Shown: positions 26,924-36,054 of the stretch, in pieces
Position numbering within the stretch: position 1 is the first letter of the stretch
Layout of the letters: the number at the start of each line of letters is the position of its first letter
Assembly (NCBI GenBank): GCA_964446835.1
Contig: CAYUQT010000053.1
Span: forward strand, 949 to 64,948
Length of the DNA: 64,000 nt
Direction of reading: 5' to 3'
Source of the DNA: an uncultured Planctomycetales bacterium
Lineage (GTDB): Bacteria > Planctomycetota > Phycisphaerae > UBA1845 > JAFGLZ01
Made by a program: the position numbers and the translations under genes
The notes under the pieces: model-generated
The model's input: only the letters and a program-made list of their open reading frames with translations
Databases searched by the model: none
What the model was told of the DNA's origin: nothing

Positions 26924-27186
26924 TGGACGCCCCTATCCAATAGTGAGACGGCACCCTCTTCCGGTGGGAGACGCTCCCCCCTGAATGGAACTGTGGACCG
27001 TTTTGGCACCGCACCTTGCGCGATCCACAGCAGACTATCATGCCTTCCAGGACGTCCGGAATCAAGAGGGAGTCCTGCATAGAGTAGGTCGGGGAATGGT
27101 AGGCTCTGAAACCGACAGTACCTCATTCGGGTGGTCCGGGGGTTCGCAGGCTCGAAGGGAATCGGAGGGAGGTGTCGTCATGTAGT

Positions 27187-27200
27187 GTTAAGTACTTAAC
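27187..27200. repeat. 14-bp perfect AT-rich palindrome GTTAAGTACTTAAC overlapping the stop codon of the 27188..28096 gene
   Basis: Read directly; the reverse complement is identical. Confidence 0.9.
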
Positions 27201-28096
27201 ATGTTGTCCAGGGCCGCATCGAGGGTCTGGAAGGCGAATGGGTAGCCGTGTTTGGACGCGACATGGGGTCGGACACGCTGACTGGCCAACACGACATCTG
27301 CCCCACCACCGACGGTCAGTTTGAGGAGAGCGGATGGAACCCTAAGTAAACTGGGGCGGTTCATGATACGTCCAAGTACTTGAGCGAAATGGCGGGACGT
27401 CACAGGTTCAGGAGACACCGCATTGAGGGCCCCTTCGAGGTTCGGTCGAGTCAATGAAAGGATTAACATATCGACCAGATCCTGGTAATGAATCCAGCTC
27501 ATCCACTGACGGCCGTCGCCGGTCGGTCCGCCGAGAAACCACCGGAATACAGGAAGGAGAGTGGCCAGGGCACCCCCCGCAGGATCGAGCACCACACCGA
27601 ATCGCGCCCGGACGACGCGGGTGCCTGTTTCGGCGGCGCGCTGAGCCTCGGCCTCCCAGGCCACACACACCTCTGAAAGGAAGCCTTGTCCCGGTGGGCT
27701 GTCCTCATCAAGCCACTGATCGCCGCGATGGCCGTAGTATCCCACGGCCGAGGCATTGACCAGAATGCCACACCGGCCGGCCGATCGCCCGATGGCATCG
27801 ACGACGTGCCGAGTTGCGAGCACCCGACTGTCGCGGATGTGCCGTTTCTGCTCTGCGTTCCATCGGTGGGCGAAGAGGTTCTCGCCGGCCAAGTTGATGA
27901 CCGCATCACAGCGTGCGATCTCCTCCTGCCAGGTTCCGGCCTGTGTGGGGTCGCCGTGGATCGACATAGTGCCCGATGCGGTCGTCGATACCCTGGGGGA
28001 TCGGGTCAGAAGAACGACCTCATGTCCCTGTTGTCGGAGAGTGGGTATCAGCCGGCGTCCCACCAGTCCTGTACCGCCAGTGATGAAGACTCGCAT
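27188..28096 (-). CDS. TIGR01777/YfcH-type NAD-dependent epimerase/dehydratase family protein
   Basis: The track ORF trimmed to MRVFITGGTGLVGRRL (GxxGxxG), with AGGAGC RBS upstream. C-terminal DUF1731-like region. Confidence 0.85.
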   Translation of the reverse strand: MRVFITGGTGLVGRRLIPTLRQQGHEVVLLTRSPRVSTTASGTMSIHGDPTQAGTWQEEIARCDAVINLAGENLFAHRWNAEQKRHIRDSRVLATRHVVDAIGRSAGRCGILVNASAVGYYGHRGDQWLDEDSPPGQGFLSEVCVAWEAEAQRAAETGTRVVRARFGVVLDPAGGALATLLPVFRWFLGGPTGDGRQWMSWIHYQDLVDMLILSLTRPNLEGALNAVSPEPVTSRHFAQVLGRIMNRPSLLRVPSALLKLTVGGGADVVLASQRVRPHVASKHGYPFAFQTLDAALDNMLST

Positions 28097-28202
28097 GATG
28101 GCAGCTCCTGAATCGCCGCGGCGCGTGCGGCGGGCCCACGACATGAAGGCGGAGGGGACGATCGATACGCGGACCGTCGGGGGCGTGGGTCCTCCGCGTT
28201 CG

Positions 28203-29015
28203 TCAGGCCAGGATGGCCGGCACGGTCTGGGTGGCCGGACCGACGACGAGAACATTCGCCCAGGCCGCTCTGAATTTTGGGTCGAGCGTGGTCACCACGA
28301 TCTTGGCACCGGCCTCATGAGCAATCATGGGCAGCATGGCGGCCGGATAGACCTGGGCCGAGGTGCCCACGACAAGCATGGCGTCGCAGCGTCGGCAGGC
28401 ATCTTCGGAGCTCTGCCAGGCGTCGGGCGGAAGCGACTCGCCGAAGAAGACGATGGCCGGTCTCATTCGCCCTCGGCAGACTTCGCACTTGGGCAGGAGA
28501 GGGCCGAGGACCCGCGCGAGGCGGAGTCGCCTTCCCAGGCGTGGCAGCGGCTCGGCGAGCTGCTCGACCATGGCATGGAGCTGTTGTCTGGGCAGGTCCT
28601 TTCGCCAGCCGCACTGATCGCACTGCACGGCATAAACGGTGCCATGAAGTTCATGGACGGTCGTGCTGCCGGCGGCCTGATGCAGGCCGTCGATGTTCTG
28701 TGTGGTTACCGTGACGGGCTTGCGCCGCTCGATGTCGGCGATGGCCAGATGGGCATCGTTGGGTTCGGCGCGAACGGCGTCGCCGATGCCGGCATATACG
28801 AACTCGCGCAGTCGGTCGGGCTGGGTGATGATCACGCGCGTCAGGCCGATGAGCGTGGCGAATTCCTCGGGCGGGAAACGCTCCCAGATCCCGCCCTCGT
28901 CTCGGAAGGTGGGGATCCCGCTTTCGGCCGAGAGCCCGGCTCCGGAGAAGACGACAATCCGGCGAGCACCGGCGAAGATGTGACGAGCGGAGGTCAGGGC
29001 GTCGCACTGGTCCAT
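28203..29015 (-). CDS. cobB: NAD-dependent protein deacylase, Sir2/CobB family
   Basis: Trimmed to MDQCDALTSARHIF... GAGLSAESGIPTFRD motif, QNIDGLH, and a Cys4 zinc ribbon (CDQC...CEVC). Confidence 0.85.
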   Translation of the reverse strand: MDQCDALTSARHIFAGARRIVVFSGAGLSAESGIPTFRDEGGIWERFPPEEFATLIGLTRVIITQPDRLREFVYAGIGDAVRAEPNDAHLAIADIERRKPVTVTTQNIDGLHQAAGSTTVHELHGTVYAVQCDQCGWRKDLPRQQLHAMVEQLAEPLPRLGRRLRLARVLGPLLPKCEVCRGRMRPAIVFFGESLPPDAWQSSEDACRRCDAMLVVGTSAQVYPAAMLPMIAHEAGAKIVVTTLDPKFRAAWANVLVVGPATQTVPAILA

Positions 29016-29181
29016 CGCGGAGGATTCCTTCTGGGACAACGGCCGGGTCCCATGCAAACGAACGAGTGGTTCCGGGAGGATACGCATCGGAAGGCGTCGC
29101 GTCGGCGGTCGCCCTCCCGGTGTCCTATGGGTGAGGAGCCCGGCCCCGCCGGAAGCCCACCCTGTCGCCCACGCTCTTCTA

Positions 29182-30138
29182 TTACGGGGGGCACTGTGCA
29201 CAGAACGACCGGAAGGCCTCTGTGGACAGGTAGCGATCCCCGCGGTCGGGCAGGATGCAGACCACCGTGGACCCGCGGGGGAGGTCGCGAGCGACCTGAA
29301 CGGAGCCCCAGACGGCAGCTCCGCTGCTCAGCCCGCAGAAGACCCCCTCGCGCTGCATCAGGTCTCGCATGGTCTCGAAAGCGTCCTCGTCTTTACAGAT
29401 CCGTACGTCGTCCAGGACGTCACGCTTGTAGATGGACGGGACCATGGATTCGGTCAGGTTCTTCAGGCCCTGGATGGTATGCCCGATGGTCGGTTCGATC
29501 GCCACGACGCGAACGCGTGCGGAGGACTCTCGGAACCTTCGGGTGCAGCCCATGAGGGTTCCGCTGGTGCCCAGTCCGGCGACGAAGACGGTGAGTTCGC
29601 CACCGGTGTCGCGGAGGATTTCCGGCGCGGTCGTCTCGTAGTGGCTCAGGGGATTGGCCGGATTGCTGAACTGGTCGGGCATGAAATACTGTTCGGAGCT
29701 GCTCTCGAAGACGTGCTGGGCGCGTTTGATCGCCCCGTCGGTCTTATCGCAGGCAGCGGTAATCTCGACTTCGGCACCGAAGGCCGTCAGGATGGCTCGG
29801 CGTTCCTGGCTGACACACGCGGGCATGCACAGCTTGAGCCGGTATCCCTTGGCGCTGGCCACCATGGCCAGTCCGATGCCGGTATTGCCCGAGGTGGGTT
29901 CGAGGATGGTCTTGTCGTGTGTCAGTTCTCCCGATTCCTCGGCCTTCTCGATCATATAGAGGGCCGGGCGGTCCTTGACGGACCCGCCGGGGTTGTTGCC
30001 CTCGAGTTTGCAGAGAATACGAACGCCGGTCTTGTCGGTGCTCCAGATATTGCGAAGTTCGACCATGGGCGTATTGCCGATGGCGTCGAGAAGACTCTGG
30101 TATCGGATCCTGGACTTGGGCTGCGTTGCCGTGGTCAT
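29182..30138 (-). CDS. cysM: Cysteine synthase (CysM/CysK family, PLP-dependent)
   Basis: 318 aa with LEGNNPGGSVKDRPA (PLP lysine), TSGNTGIGLA and GLGTSGT motifs. Confidence 0.85.
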   Translation of the reverse strand: MTTATQPKSRIRYQSLLDAIGNTPMVELRNIWSTDKTGVRILCKLEGNNPGGSVKDRPALYMIEKAEESGELTHDKTILEPTSGNTGIGLAMVASAKGYRLKLCMPACVSQERRAILTAFGAEVEITAACDKTDGAIKRAQHVFESSSEQYFMPDQFSNPANPLSHYETTAPEILRDTGGELTVFVAGLGTSGTLMGCTRRFRESSARVRVVAIEPTIGHTIQGLKNLTESMVPSIYKRDVLDDVRICKDEDAFETMRDLMQREGVFCGLSSGAAVWGSVQVARDLPRGSTVVCILPDRGDRYLSTEAFRSFCAQCPP

Positions 30139-30337
30139 CGTGTCAGCGTCCCTTAGTAAGTAGCTTCCTCCAGACCTTCAATTTACATTCGCCGAGGGGG
30201 CGCGGCAAGGCAACTTTGAACCTTCGGAACGTCGCCGAATCCGTGTTCGGATTGAATTCGGGGCCGCTAGGAGGTAGGTTTTACGCTTCACGATCCCGGC
30301 GTACCGGGCGTATCCAGACCCTTGGAGGTATCGGGTA

Positions 30338-31330
30338 ATGCAGGACCAGGGATTGAATCGTAGGGCGTTTCTGGGAACCACGGGCACAGGAGCAGCCCTG
30401 ACGGCATTGGGCACCATGGCGTACTCCGGCACGGCCGAAGCCCAGGAGAAGGCCGGGACGGATTCGGCGGGGAAGTTTGCGTTTCAGCGGGTAACGGGTA
30501 TGAAGGTCGGCATGCTGACCAACCCGTTCGGCGGCGAGCCGCTCGAACGAGTGCTGGATTTCGCCAAGGACGCGGGGATTCAATGCCTGGAGTGCAACGC
30601 CTGGCCGGGCAGCAAGCACGTCGACCCCACGAAGATCGACGCCGCCGAGGCCGATCGGATCAAGCAGATGGTGGCCGCTCGTGGATTGGAGATCAGCGGT
30701 CTGGCGTATTACGAGGACATCGCCGACTCCAAGAAGGGCCCTGGGGTTCAGCGACACGCCCTGAAGCTGGTCGAGGCGGCAGCGCTGCTGGGCGTTCCGA
30801 CCGTGTGCATGTGTGCCGGTTGGCCTGTGGACGGCATGTCGAAGATCGACACGATCCGCAAGGTTCTGCCAGGCCGGTTCGCACCGGTGCTGGCGCTGGC
30901 CAAGAGCAAGGGTGTTCGAATTGCGATAGAGAACTACTTCGCCACGAACCTTCAGGGGCTGGACACGTTCGAGGTCCTCTTCGACACGATCAAAGACGAC
31001 AACTTCGGTTTGAACTACGACCCGTCGCACCTGTATCACCAGGAGTGCGATCACCTGCTGCCAGTGTCGATGTTCCCCAAACGGATATTCCACACCCACG
31101 CAAAGGACACCCTGGTCGATCGCGCAAAGAGGGCCAAGGTCGGCATTCTCGCGGACGACTGGTGGCAGTACGTGATCCCGGGGCTGGGCAATATCCAGTG
31201 GGGCGAGTACGTCAGCCATCTGCGGAAGAACGGATATAACGGCGTCATGAGTATCGAGCACGAGGACGGATCGTTGAATCGTGAACAGGGGTTCATCCTC
31301 GCCGCCCGATTCCTCCGGCAGTTCTGCTAA
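30338..31330 (+). CDS. Tat-exported sugar phosphate isomerase/epimerase (xylose isomerase-like TIM barrel)
   Basis: 330 aa. Twin-arginine signal NRRAFLGTTGTGAALTALG...AEAQ. TIM-barrel motifs IENY, YDPSH, HAKD, IEHED. Confidence 0.85.
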   Translation: MQDQGLNRRAFLGTTGTGAALTALGTMAYSGTAEAQEKAGTDSAGKFAFQRVTGMKVGMLTNPFGGEPLERVLDFAKDAGIQCLECNAWPGSKHVDPTKIDAAEADRIKQMVAARGLEISGLAYYEDIADSKKGPGVQRHALKLVEAAALLGVPTVCMCAGWPVDGMSKIDTIRKVLPGRFAPVLALAKSKGVRIAIENYFATNLQGLDTFEVLFDTIKDDNFGLNYDPSHLYHQECDHLLPVSMFPKRIFHTHAKDTLVDRAKRAKVGILADDWWQYVIPGLGNIQWGEYVSHLRKNGYNGVMSIEHEDGSLNREQGFILAARFLRQFC

Positions 31331-31360
31331 GGGGGGCGTGTCTGAGACGGAGGTATTCCC

Positions 31361-32065
31361 GTGTCGCGCTTCAACAGTGTGATCGTACTGTGGTGTCTCC
31401 TGTCGGTGATGGGACTGTTGCCCGGCTGTCAGAAGGAATCTCGGGTAGCGCTCAGAGTCCCACCGACAGACGAACCCGCACCGACGACGGCGGCCGCCCC
31501 GATCGAAATCAATCCGATTCAGGTCGGGGCCGAGGGGAAAGCCGAGCCCGTTCCGCCGAGCGAGCCGGTTCGCCCGGCCCGTCGATTTGTCTTCCTCGTC
31601 ACCGGCATCGGCGTGGAACCCACCACGGGCAGCGCGATCGATCGCAAGTCTTCGGCCATCGAAGCGGCCGTGGTCGAGGCCATCGGCCAGGCCGCCCGAG
31701 AGATCCAGCGCGACCCCAAAACGGGCAAGGCCCCCATCGAGTACAAGCTGGATATGGGCTCGGGGCTGACGGTGTTCGGCCAGCTCGTCCGCGGCGCCCC
31801 TCAGACTGTGGTACTTCTGGATCGCCACGGCCGGATCACCGAGCTGTGTTCCCGCAGCGGCGTGCTCGCCCATCCTCCCCATGGCAGTCGGACGCTCCAG
31901 TCGATCTTCGCCGCCACGAACGGGCAGTTCGTCCTGCAATCCACCCACCCGACCGATCAGCCGGGGCAGTATGGGGCGAAGGTGGGCTATTATCGCAAAG
32001 TCGATCCGGCCATGACTCAAACCGCCGAGAACTCCGAGCCACCCGTGATCGCAAGGTTGCCATAA
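31361..32065 (+). CDS. Lipoprotein, function unknown
   Basis: GTG 31361 with GGAGG 7 nt upstream. Lipobox VMGLLPGC. 234 aa. Confidence 0.6.
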   Translation: MSRFNSVIVLWCLLSVMGLLPGCQKESRVALRVPPTDEPAPTTAAAPIEINPIQVGAEGKAEPVPPSEPVRPARRFVFLVTGIGVEPTTGSAIDRKSSAIEAAVVEAIGQAAREIQRDPKTGKAPIEYKLDMGSGLTVFGQLVRGAPQTVVLLDRHGRITELCSRSGVLAHPPHGSRTLQSIFAATNGQFVLQSTHPTDQPGQYGAKVGYYRKVDPAMTQTAENSEPPVIARLP

Positions 32066-32072
32066 TCCCAAC

Positions 32073-32096
32073 GCCCGGGCATCCCGGCGCCCGGGC
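32073..32096 (+). terminator. GC hairpin after the lipoprotein gene (GCCCGGGC-8 nt-GCCCGGGC), possible terminator
   Basis: Two copies of the self-complementary octamer can pair. No T-tract follows, so this is weak. Confidence 0.25.
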
Positions 32097-32131
32097 ACTG
32101 TGCGTCACCTCGCTGCGGAAGGAACAGACCG

Positions 32132-32245
32132 ATGCGTCTCGCAATGAGTCTCCGTCTGACGGTTCTGCTCGTGTCATTCACGTTGCTGCTGGGCTTCGCC
32201 CTGTATCGAGCCGTCATCTTCGTTCCCGCTCCGGGCATCCGCTGA
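32132..32245 (+). CDS. Candidate 37-aa hydrophobic micro-protein
   Basis: ATG 32132 with GGAAGGAA 8 nt upstream. MRLAMSLRLTVLLVSFTLLLGFALYRAVIFVPAPGIR. Below the ORF-track size cutoff. Confidence 0.3.
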   Translation: MRLAMSLRLTVLLVSFTLLLGFALYRAVIFVPAPGIR

Positions 32246-32344
32246 AACGCTGCGGCAACAGTGGACGTGAGGACAAAGCGGTTGCTGTTGACCCAGCGAG
32301 TCGGACGCCGAGCTGAGACCTTCCGGAATGTGAAGCATCAAGAG

Positions 32345-35300
32345 CTACTCTCCAATGACCAATGTCAGGGGCGTTGCTTCGCCGCCGGCATGCTTGACGC
32401 GCACAACCAGGTGCCGGGTGTCGGGCAGATACTTCCAGCCCTCGGGCAACTCGGGAATCGACGGAACCGCCGACAGCTTCCGATCGCCATATGACACCTC
32501 CGCCACCTTGGGGCAGTTGGCCAGCAGAATCGTGCTGAACTCGTTCGCGTAGAAGCTCACGGGCACCGTGAGGGTCTTGTCCGAAAGGGTCGGAGTGCCC
32601 AGCCTCGCATTGGACGACACGTGCAGCGTGGGCTGCCCCTGGCGTCGCACGCACACCGTCTTGATCTGCGGATCGTGTCCCTCGATGGTGACGCGATTCA
32701 GGATGATGTCCTCGGGATTGATGAACGGCCCGCAACGATCGGTCAGCCGCTTGTAGAGGCCGTCAGGGTAGGTCCCCTTCAGCTCCAGTTTCTCCTCGGC
32801 GAACTGGAGGTACTCACCGGAAACCGTCATGCCCTCGGCGATCTGCTTCCATGGGAACGACGGATCATAGGGGGCCAGCTTCTGAAGGTAATAGGCGTAG
32901 ACCAGACCGCACCATTGCACGGGATTGCCCAGCCACGAGTGCGTGAAGAAGGTCGATCCGAAGACCGGGATCGAGGCATACAGCATCCATGGCTGACGAT
33001 CCGGCGCCTGCCAGACGTACTGGAAGGCCATGCCCGTCCAGGCCCAGTAGATGGCGCGATCGAGATACCGGCGATCGCCCGTGATTTCGTAGGCATCCAG
33101 ATAGGCGGCGATTGCGTAGGCCGAGCCGAGGACGTCGGGTTCGAAGATCGGGCATTCCCAGCCCTGGGCCCCGTGCGGTACAGCGAATCGCTCGTGATAG
33201 TCGAGGGCCTTGAGCCCGGCGGCCAGCGAGTCGGGATGCCCTGTAATCCGCGCGGTTCGGAGCAGGGCCTTGGCATGCAGCGCTACGATGCCCTGAGAGG
33301 CATAGCCCTCCGGCCCGAGCGCCTTGTGCTGCGCGCCCCCGCCCGGATGGAAGCCCCACACGCCGTCGGCGTTTCGGCCCTTGATGATGCCCGTGGCGTG
33401 GCCGATCATCGGGTGGATGGCCTGTGCGACGTGGCCCGTATAGAAGGGAGCGTTGCCGCTCATGATGTGACAGCAGGCCGCACTCAACAGGCCACTGACG
33501 TTGCCGTCCCGCAGCGTGTTGTTCCATATCAGGTGGGCCCGATCGAGCGAGGCCTTCCGCGTGGCCGCGTCGTCGGCCAGCAACGAGTCGAGCCAGAGAA
33601 ATACGCCGAACTCGGGGGCGTTCGCCGGTGCCCAACCGACACAGTGGTTGGACTTCTGATCCTTCTCGCTCCACACCGTCTTCATGAATCCATACCGGCT
33701 CACCTCGTAGAGCTTCTGAAGGTCGAAGCGTTTGGCGGTCGGAGCAGGCGGCGGATTGAGTTTGAAATAGTCCTTCATGGCGGCCACCGCATCGCCACCC
33801 GGCCTGAGCACCACCTTGGCACTCAGCGTCACAGTCGATCCCGCCGGCATGTCATACGATTCGGCTGCGATCCGCTCGTTCTCGTTGACGTATTGCGGGA
33901 AGCTGGGCGCAAAAACCTCCATTAGGTGATTCTCTTGCTTGTGGACGAGATTCGGCGAGGCGAACACGGCGCAGGGCCCGTAGTCCTTGCCGTTCCATTT
34001 CTGGTTGGCATCCCAGATGAGGGTGACGGAGCCGACCTTCGTCGACGCCATCATCATCGGCACCGTGATCTTGAGCGGATCGACCATGAGGCGGTTGCTG
34101 ATGGGCGGGGCGGCGTCGCGGGTACTGCTGCTGGGCTCGCCCTTGTCGAGGTATTCCAGCCCGGGCAGAAGGGCCTGGCCGCGGTCTTTGGTCGGCACGC
34201 CGTCGGCCACGCGGAGCGAGATCGGGCAGAAGCGGCGGAGCGGTGCGCCCTGCGGCGCGGTCAGCTCGCCCGTGACGGTGACGACGGGTTCGGTCGGATC
34301 GAGACTGTAGGTCAGCCGGGCGTCGAGTGGCTGTCCGGCAGGAGTCTGAAACTTTGCGGTAAATGTGACGATGGGCCGGCCGGAGTCGTCTCGAGCGGAC
34401 ACTTCGGGCGACGTCATCTTGCAGCGTGAGTTGCGGAAGGGTCCGGCTACTCGCTCTTGCGCCGGGAGCTTTTCCTTCGGAATGTGCTTGGCCGTGCCCA
34501 CATGAACGTCGAGCAGGTCCGGCGCGATCGCGGCGGTTTGCCATTTGCCGTCTGTCGGCAACTGGAAGTGCGCGACCCATTCGACCTGCGATGATCCACT
34601 TGCATCGAGACGGACCCACACGATCCGGCAGGCGGGATTCTGGAGGATCACCTGATGCTCGCTGGCGTCGGCCCTGGTGAGCGGCTCGGCGCTCTGGTTC
34701 AGAATCGGCATGGCCTTGTGGACGCGAAAGTCCACCGGGCAGCCGGTGGCCCCGAAACACACGACGGCATCGGCTTCCAGCGAAACCATGGCGAAGTGCT
34801 GGCCGTTGCCGCCGCCGACCGGCGGGGCCTTGAACCACTGGACGAAGGTGGCCTCTTCATCGGGAGCCAGGACACGGTCTATCCGGCCCATGATGCGGAC
34901 GTTGGGGTCATTGGTATCCCAGAGGTTGCCGGCCATTTCGCCGTAGCCCTTGCCGCTGTTGACGCAGAGTTTGAAGCTCATTCGCTCGCGGGTCGGCACC
35001 CAGGGCGCCTTGCCCCGGTTGCGGAGGGTCGCGCAGATCGGCAGGTCGTCGCCTTCGGTAACGACGGCTCGGCCGACGGTGACGTTCAGCAACTCAAGAC
35101 CCGGCAGGAAGGCCAGGAGGCGAAGGCCAGCGGGCAGTGCCCCGCCTTCGGCAGTGATTCTGACCTTCCGCGCATCCGTCTTCAGGTTCTTGCCCAGAAC
35201 GAACTGACCCACGCTCATCGGGCTGCCCGTCGCAGGCTCCATCCAGACGTCGGTCGGCTCACCGGCGGGCGTTCCGGCATCGCCGACGGGTTGGATCGTC

Positions 35301-35968
35301 AGCTTGACACCTTTGTCGCCAACAGAGCCGGCAGGAGATAACAACACACCCGCAAAGCCGGGGATGGGTTCTGAACCCACCTCGCCACCTCTGGTCGGGA
35401 TGGCCATGATCCGCGGCTCGCCCCAATAGGCCCAGTCGTAGTTGCCTTTGCCGTCGATCGGATTGGTGACGAGCTGAAACTCGATTGTCTGCCCCTCGTA
35501 TTCATCCAGCGGCACAACAACAGGCAGCCAGTTCCCGGGCATCTGGTCGCGGCTGAAGACCTGCTTGCCCTTGATGCGGATCATGAATCGCACCCCATTG
35601 GCGATCTTGTCCTTGTCCTGATTGATGACCGAGTCGAGGACGCAGGTCCAACCGAGGAACACGATCTGCCCCGTAATGGGGGGTGGGCCATCCGCTCGGG
35701 CAACACCCTTCTTGGGAATCTCGACGGAGTAGGTGATCGTGCCATCCCCGGTGCCGGCCGGGTGCATGTTGAGGGCGCGGTAGGAGGCCCGACCACTGGC
35801 GAGCTGACCGCGTGGACCCGGTTGCATCAGACCGTTCGGTAACTCAGGTCTGTACCGGTCGATCAGGTCGGCGATGAGTCCGGGGGAGCTGTCGGCCGCG
35901 GACAACATCGCCGCCCGGCCACCGGTGATCAGTCCCACCATCACGACGACGCCCAGCATCCTGCGCAT
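32345..35968 (-). CDS. Very large secreted protein; C-terminal region resembles an (alpha/alpha)6-barrel glycoside hydrolase/lyase-like domain
   Basis: Track ORF 32345..36079 trimmed to MRRMLGVVVMVGLITGGRAAMLSA (signal peptide, GGAG RBS). The longer form would overlap the upstream gene. Confidence 0.75.
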   Translation of the reverse strand: MRRMLGVVVMVGLITGGRAAMLSAADSSPGLIADLIDRYRPELPNGLMQPGPRGQLASGRASYRALNMHPAGTGDGTITYSVEIPKKGVARADGPPPITGQIVFLGWTCVLDSVINQDKDKIANGVRFMIRIKGKQVFSRDQMPGNWLPVVVPLDEYEGQTIEFQLVTNPIDGKGNYDWAYWGEPRIMAIPTRGGEVGSEPIPGFAGVLLSPAGSVGDKGVKLTIQPVGDAGTPAGEPTDVWMEPATGSPMSVGQFVLGKNLKTDARKVRITAEGGALPAGLRLLAFLPGLELLNVTVGRAVVTEGDDLPICATLRNRGKAPWVPTRERMSFKLCVNSGKGYGEMAGNLWDTNDPNVRIMGRIDRVLAPDEEATFVQWFKAPPVGGGNGQHFAMVSLEADAVVCFGATGCPVDFRVHKAMPILNQSAEPLTRADASEHQVILQNPACRIVWVRLDASGSSQVEWVAHFQLPTDGKWQTAAIAPDLLDVHVGTAKHIPKEKLPAQERVAGPFRNSRCKMTSPEVSARDDSGRPIVTFTAKFQTPAGQPLDARLTYSLDPTEPVVTVTGELTAPQGAPLRRFCPISLRVADGVPTKDRGQALLPGLEYLDKGEPSSSTRDAAPPISNRLMVDPLKITVPMMMASTKVGSVTLIWDANQKWNGKDYGPCAVFASPNLVHKQENHLMEVFAPSFPQYVNENERIAAESYDMPAGSTVTLSAKVVLRPGGDAVAAMKDYFKLNPPPAPTAKRFDLQKLYEVSRYGFMKTVWSEKDQKSNHCVGWAPANAPEFGVFLWLDSLLADDAATRKASLDRAHLIWNNTLRDGNVSGLLSAACCHIMSGNAPFYTGHVAQAIHPMIGHATGIIKGRNADGVWGFHPGGGAQHKALGPEGYASQGIVALHAKALLRTARITGHPDSLAAGLKALDYHERFAVPHGAQGWECPIFEPDVLGSAYAIAAYLDAYEITGDRRYLDRAIYWAWTGMAFQYVWQAPDRQPWMLYASIPVFGSTFFTHSWLGNPVQWCGLVYAYYLQKLAPYDPSFPWKQIAEGMTVSGEYLQFAEEKLELKGTYPDGLYKRLTDRCGPFINPEDIILNRVTIEGHDPQIKTVCVRRQGQPTLHVSSNARLGTPTLSDKTLTVPVSFYANEFSTILLANCPKVAEVSYGDRKLSAVPSIPELPEGWKYLPDTRHLVVRVKHAGGEATPLTLVIGE

Positions 35969-36054
35969 GATCTGTCTCCATCCTGTCCAAGTGTTCTCAG
36001 GGAGGGCCATCCCCCCACGGCTGATGCTGCACTCATGCCTTAGGTCGGCGGTTG

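Noticed and set aside
27003-27019. TTGGCACCGCACCTTGC, which resembles a sigma-54 promoter
   Set aside because: The GG-to-GC spacing is 11 nt instead of 10, and no plus-strand gene lies downstream because both neighbours are on the minus strand.
25832-27082. 416-aa and 362-aa plus-strand ORFs over the Lys-rich gene
   Set aside because: They are reverse-complement artefacts of the low-complexity AAG/GCC-rich coding sequence. The minus-strand ORF has a signal peptide and a sensible start.
28203-29015. The Sir2-domain protein as an anti-phage defence effector (Thoeris/DSR-like)
   Set aside because: At 270 aa with a Cys4 zinc ribbon and GAGxSxxSGIPxFR motif, it is a standard CobB-type deacylase. 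It has no fused sensor domain and sits among housekeeping neighbours (cysteine synthase, epimerase).
30281-32098. 605-aa minus-strand ORF
   Set aside because: It is antisense to the Tat-signal TIM-barrel gene and the lipoprotein gene. It has no motifs and is Arg/Gly-rich.
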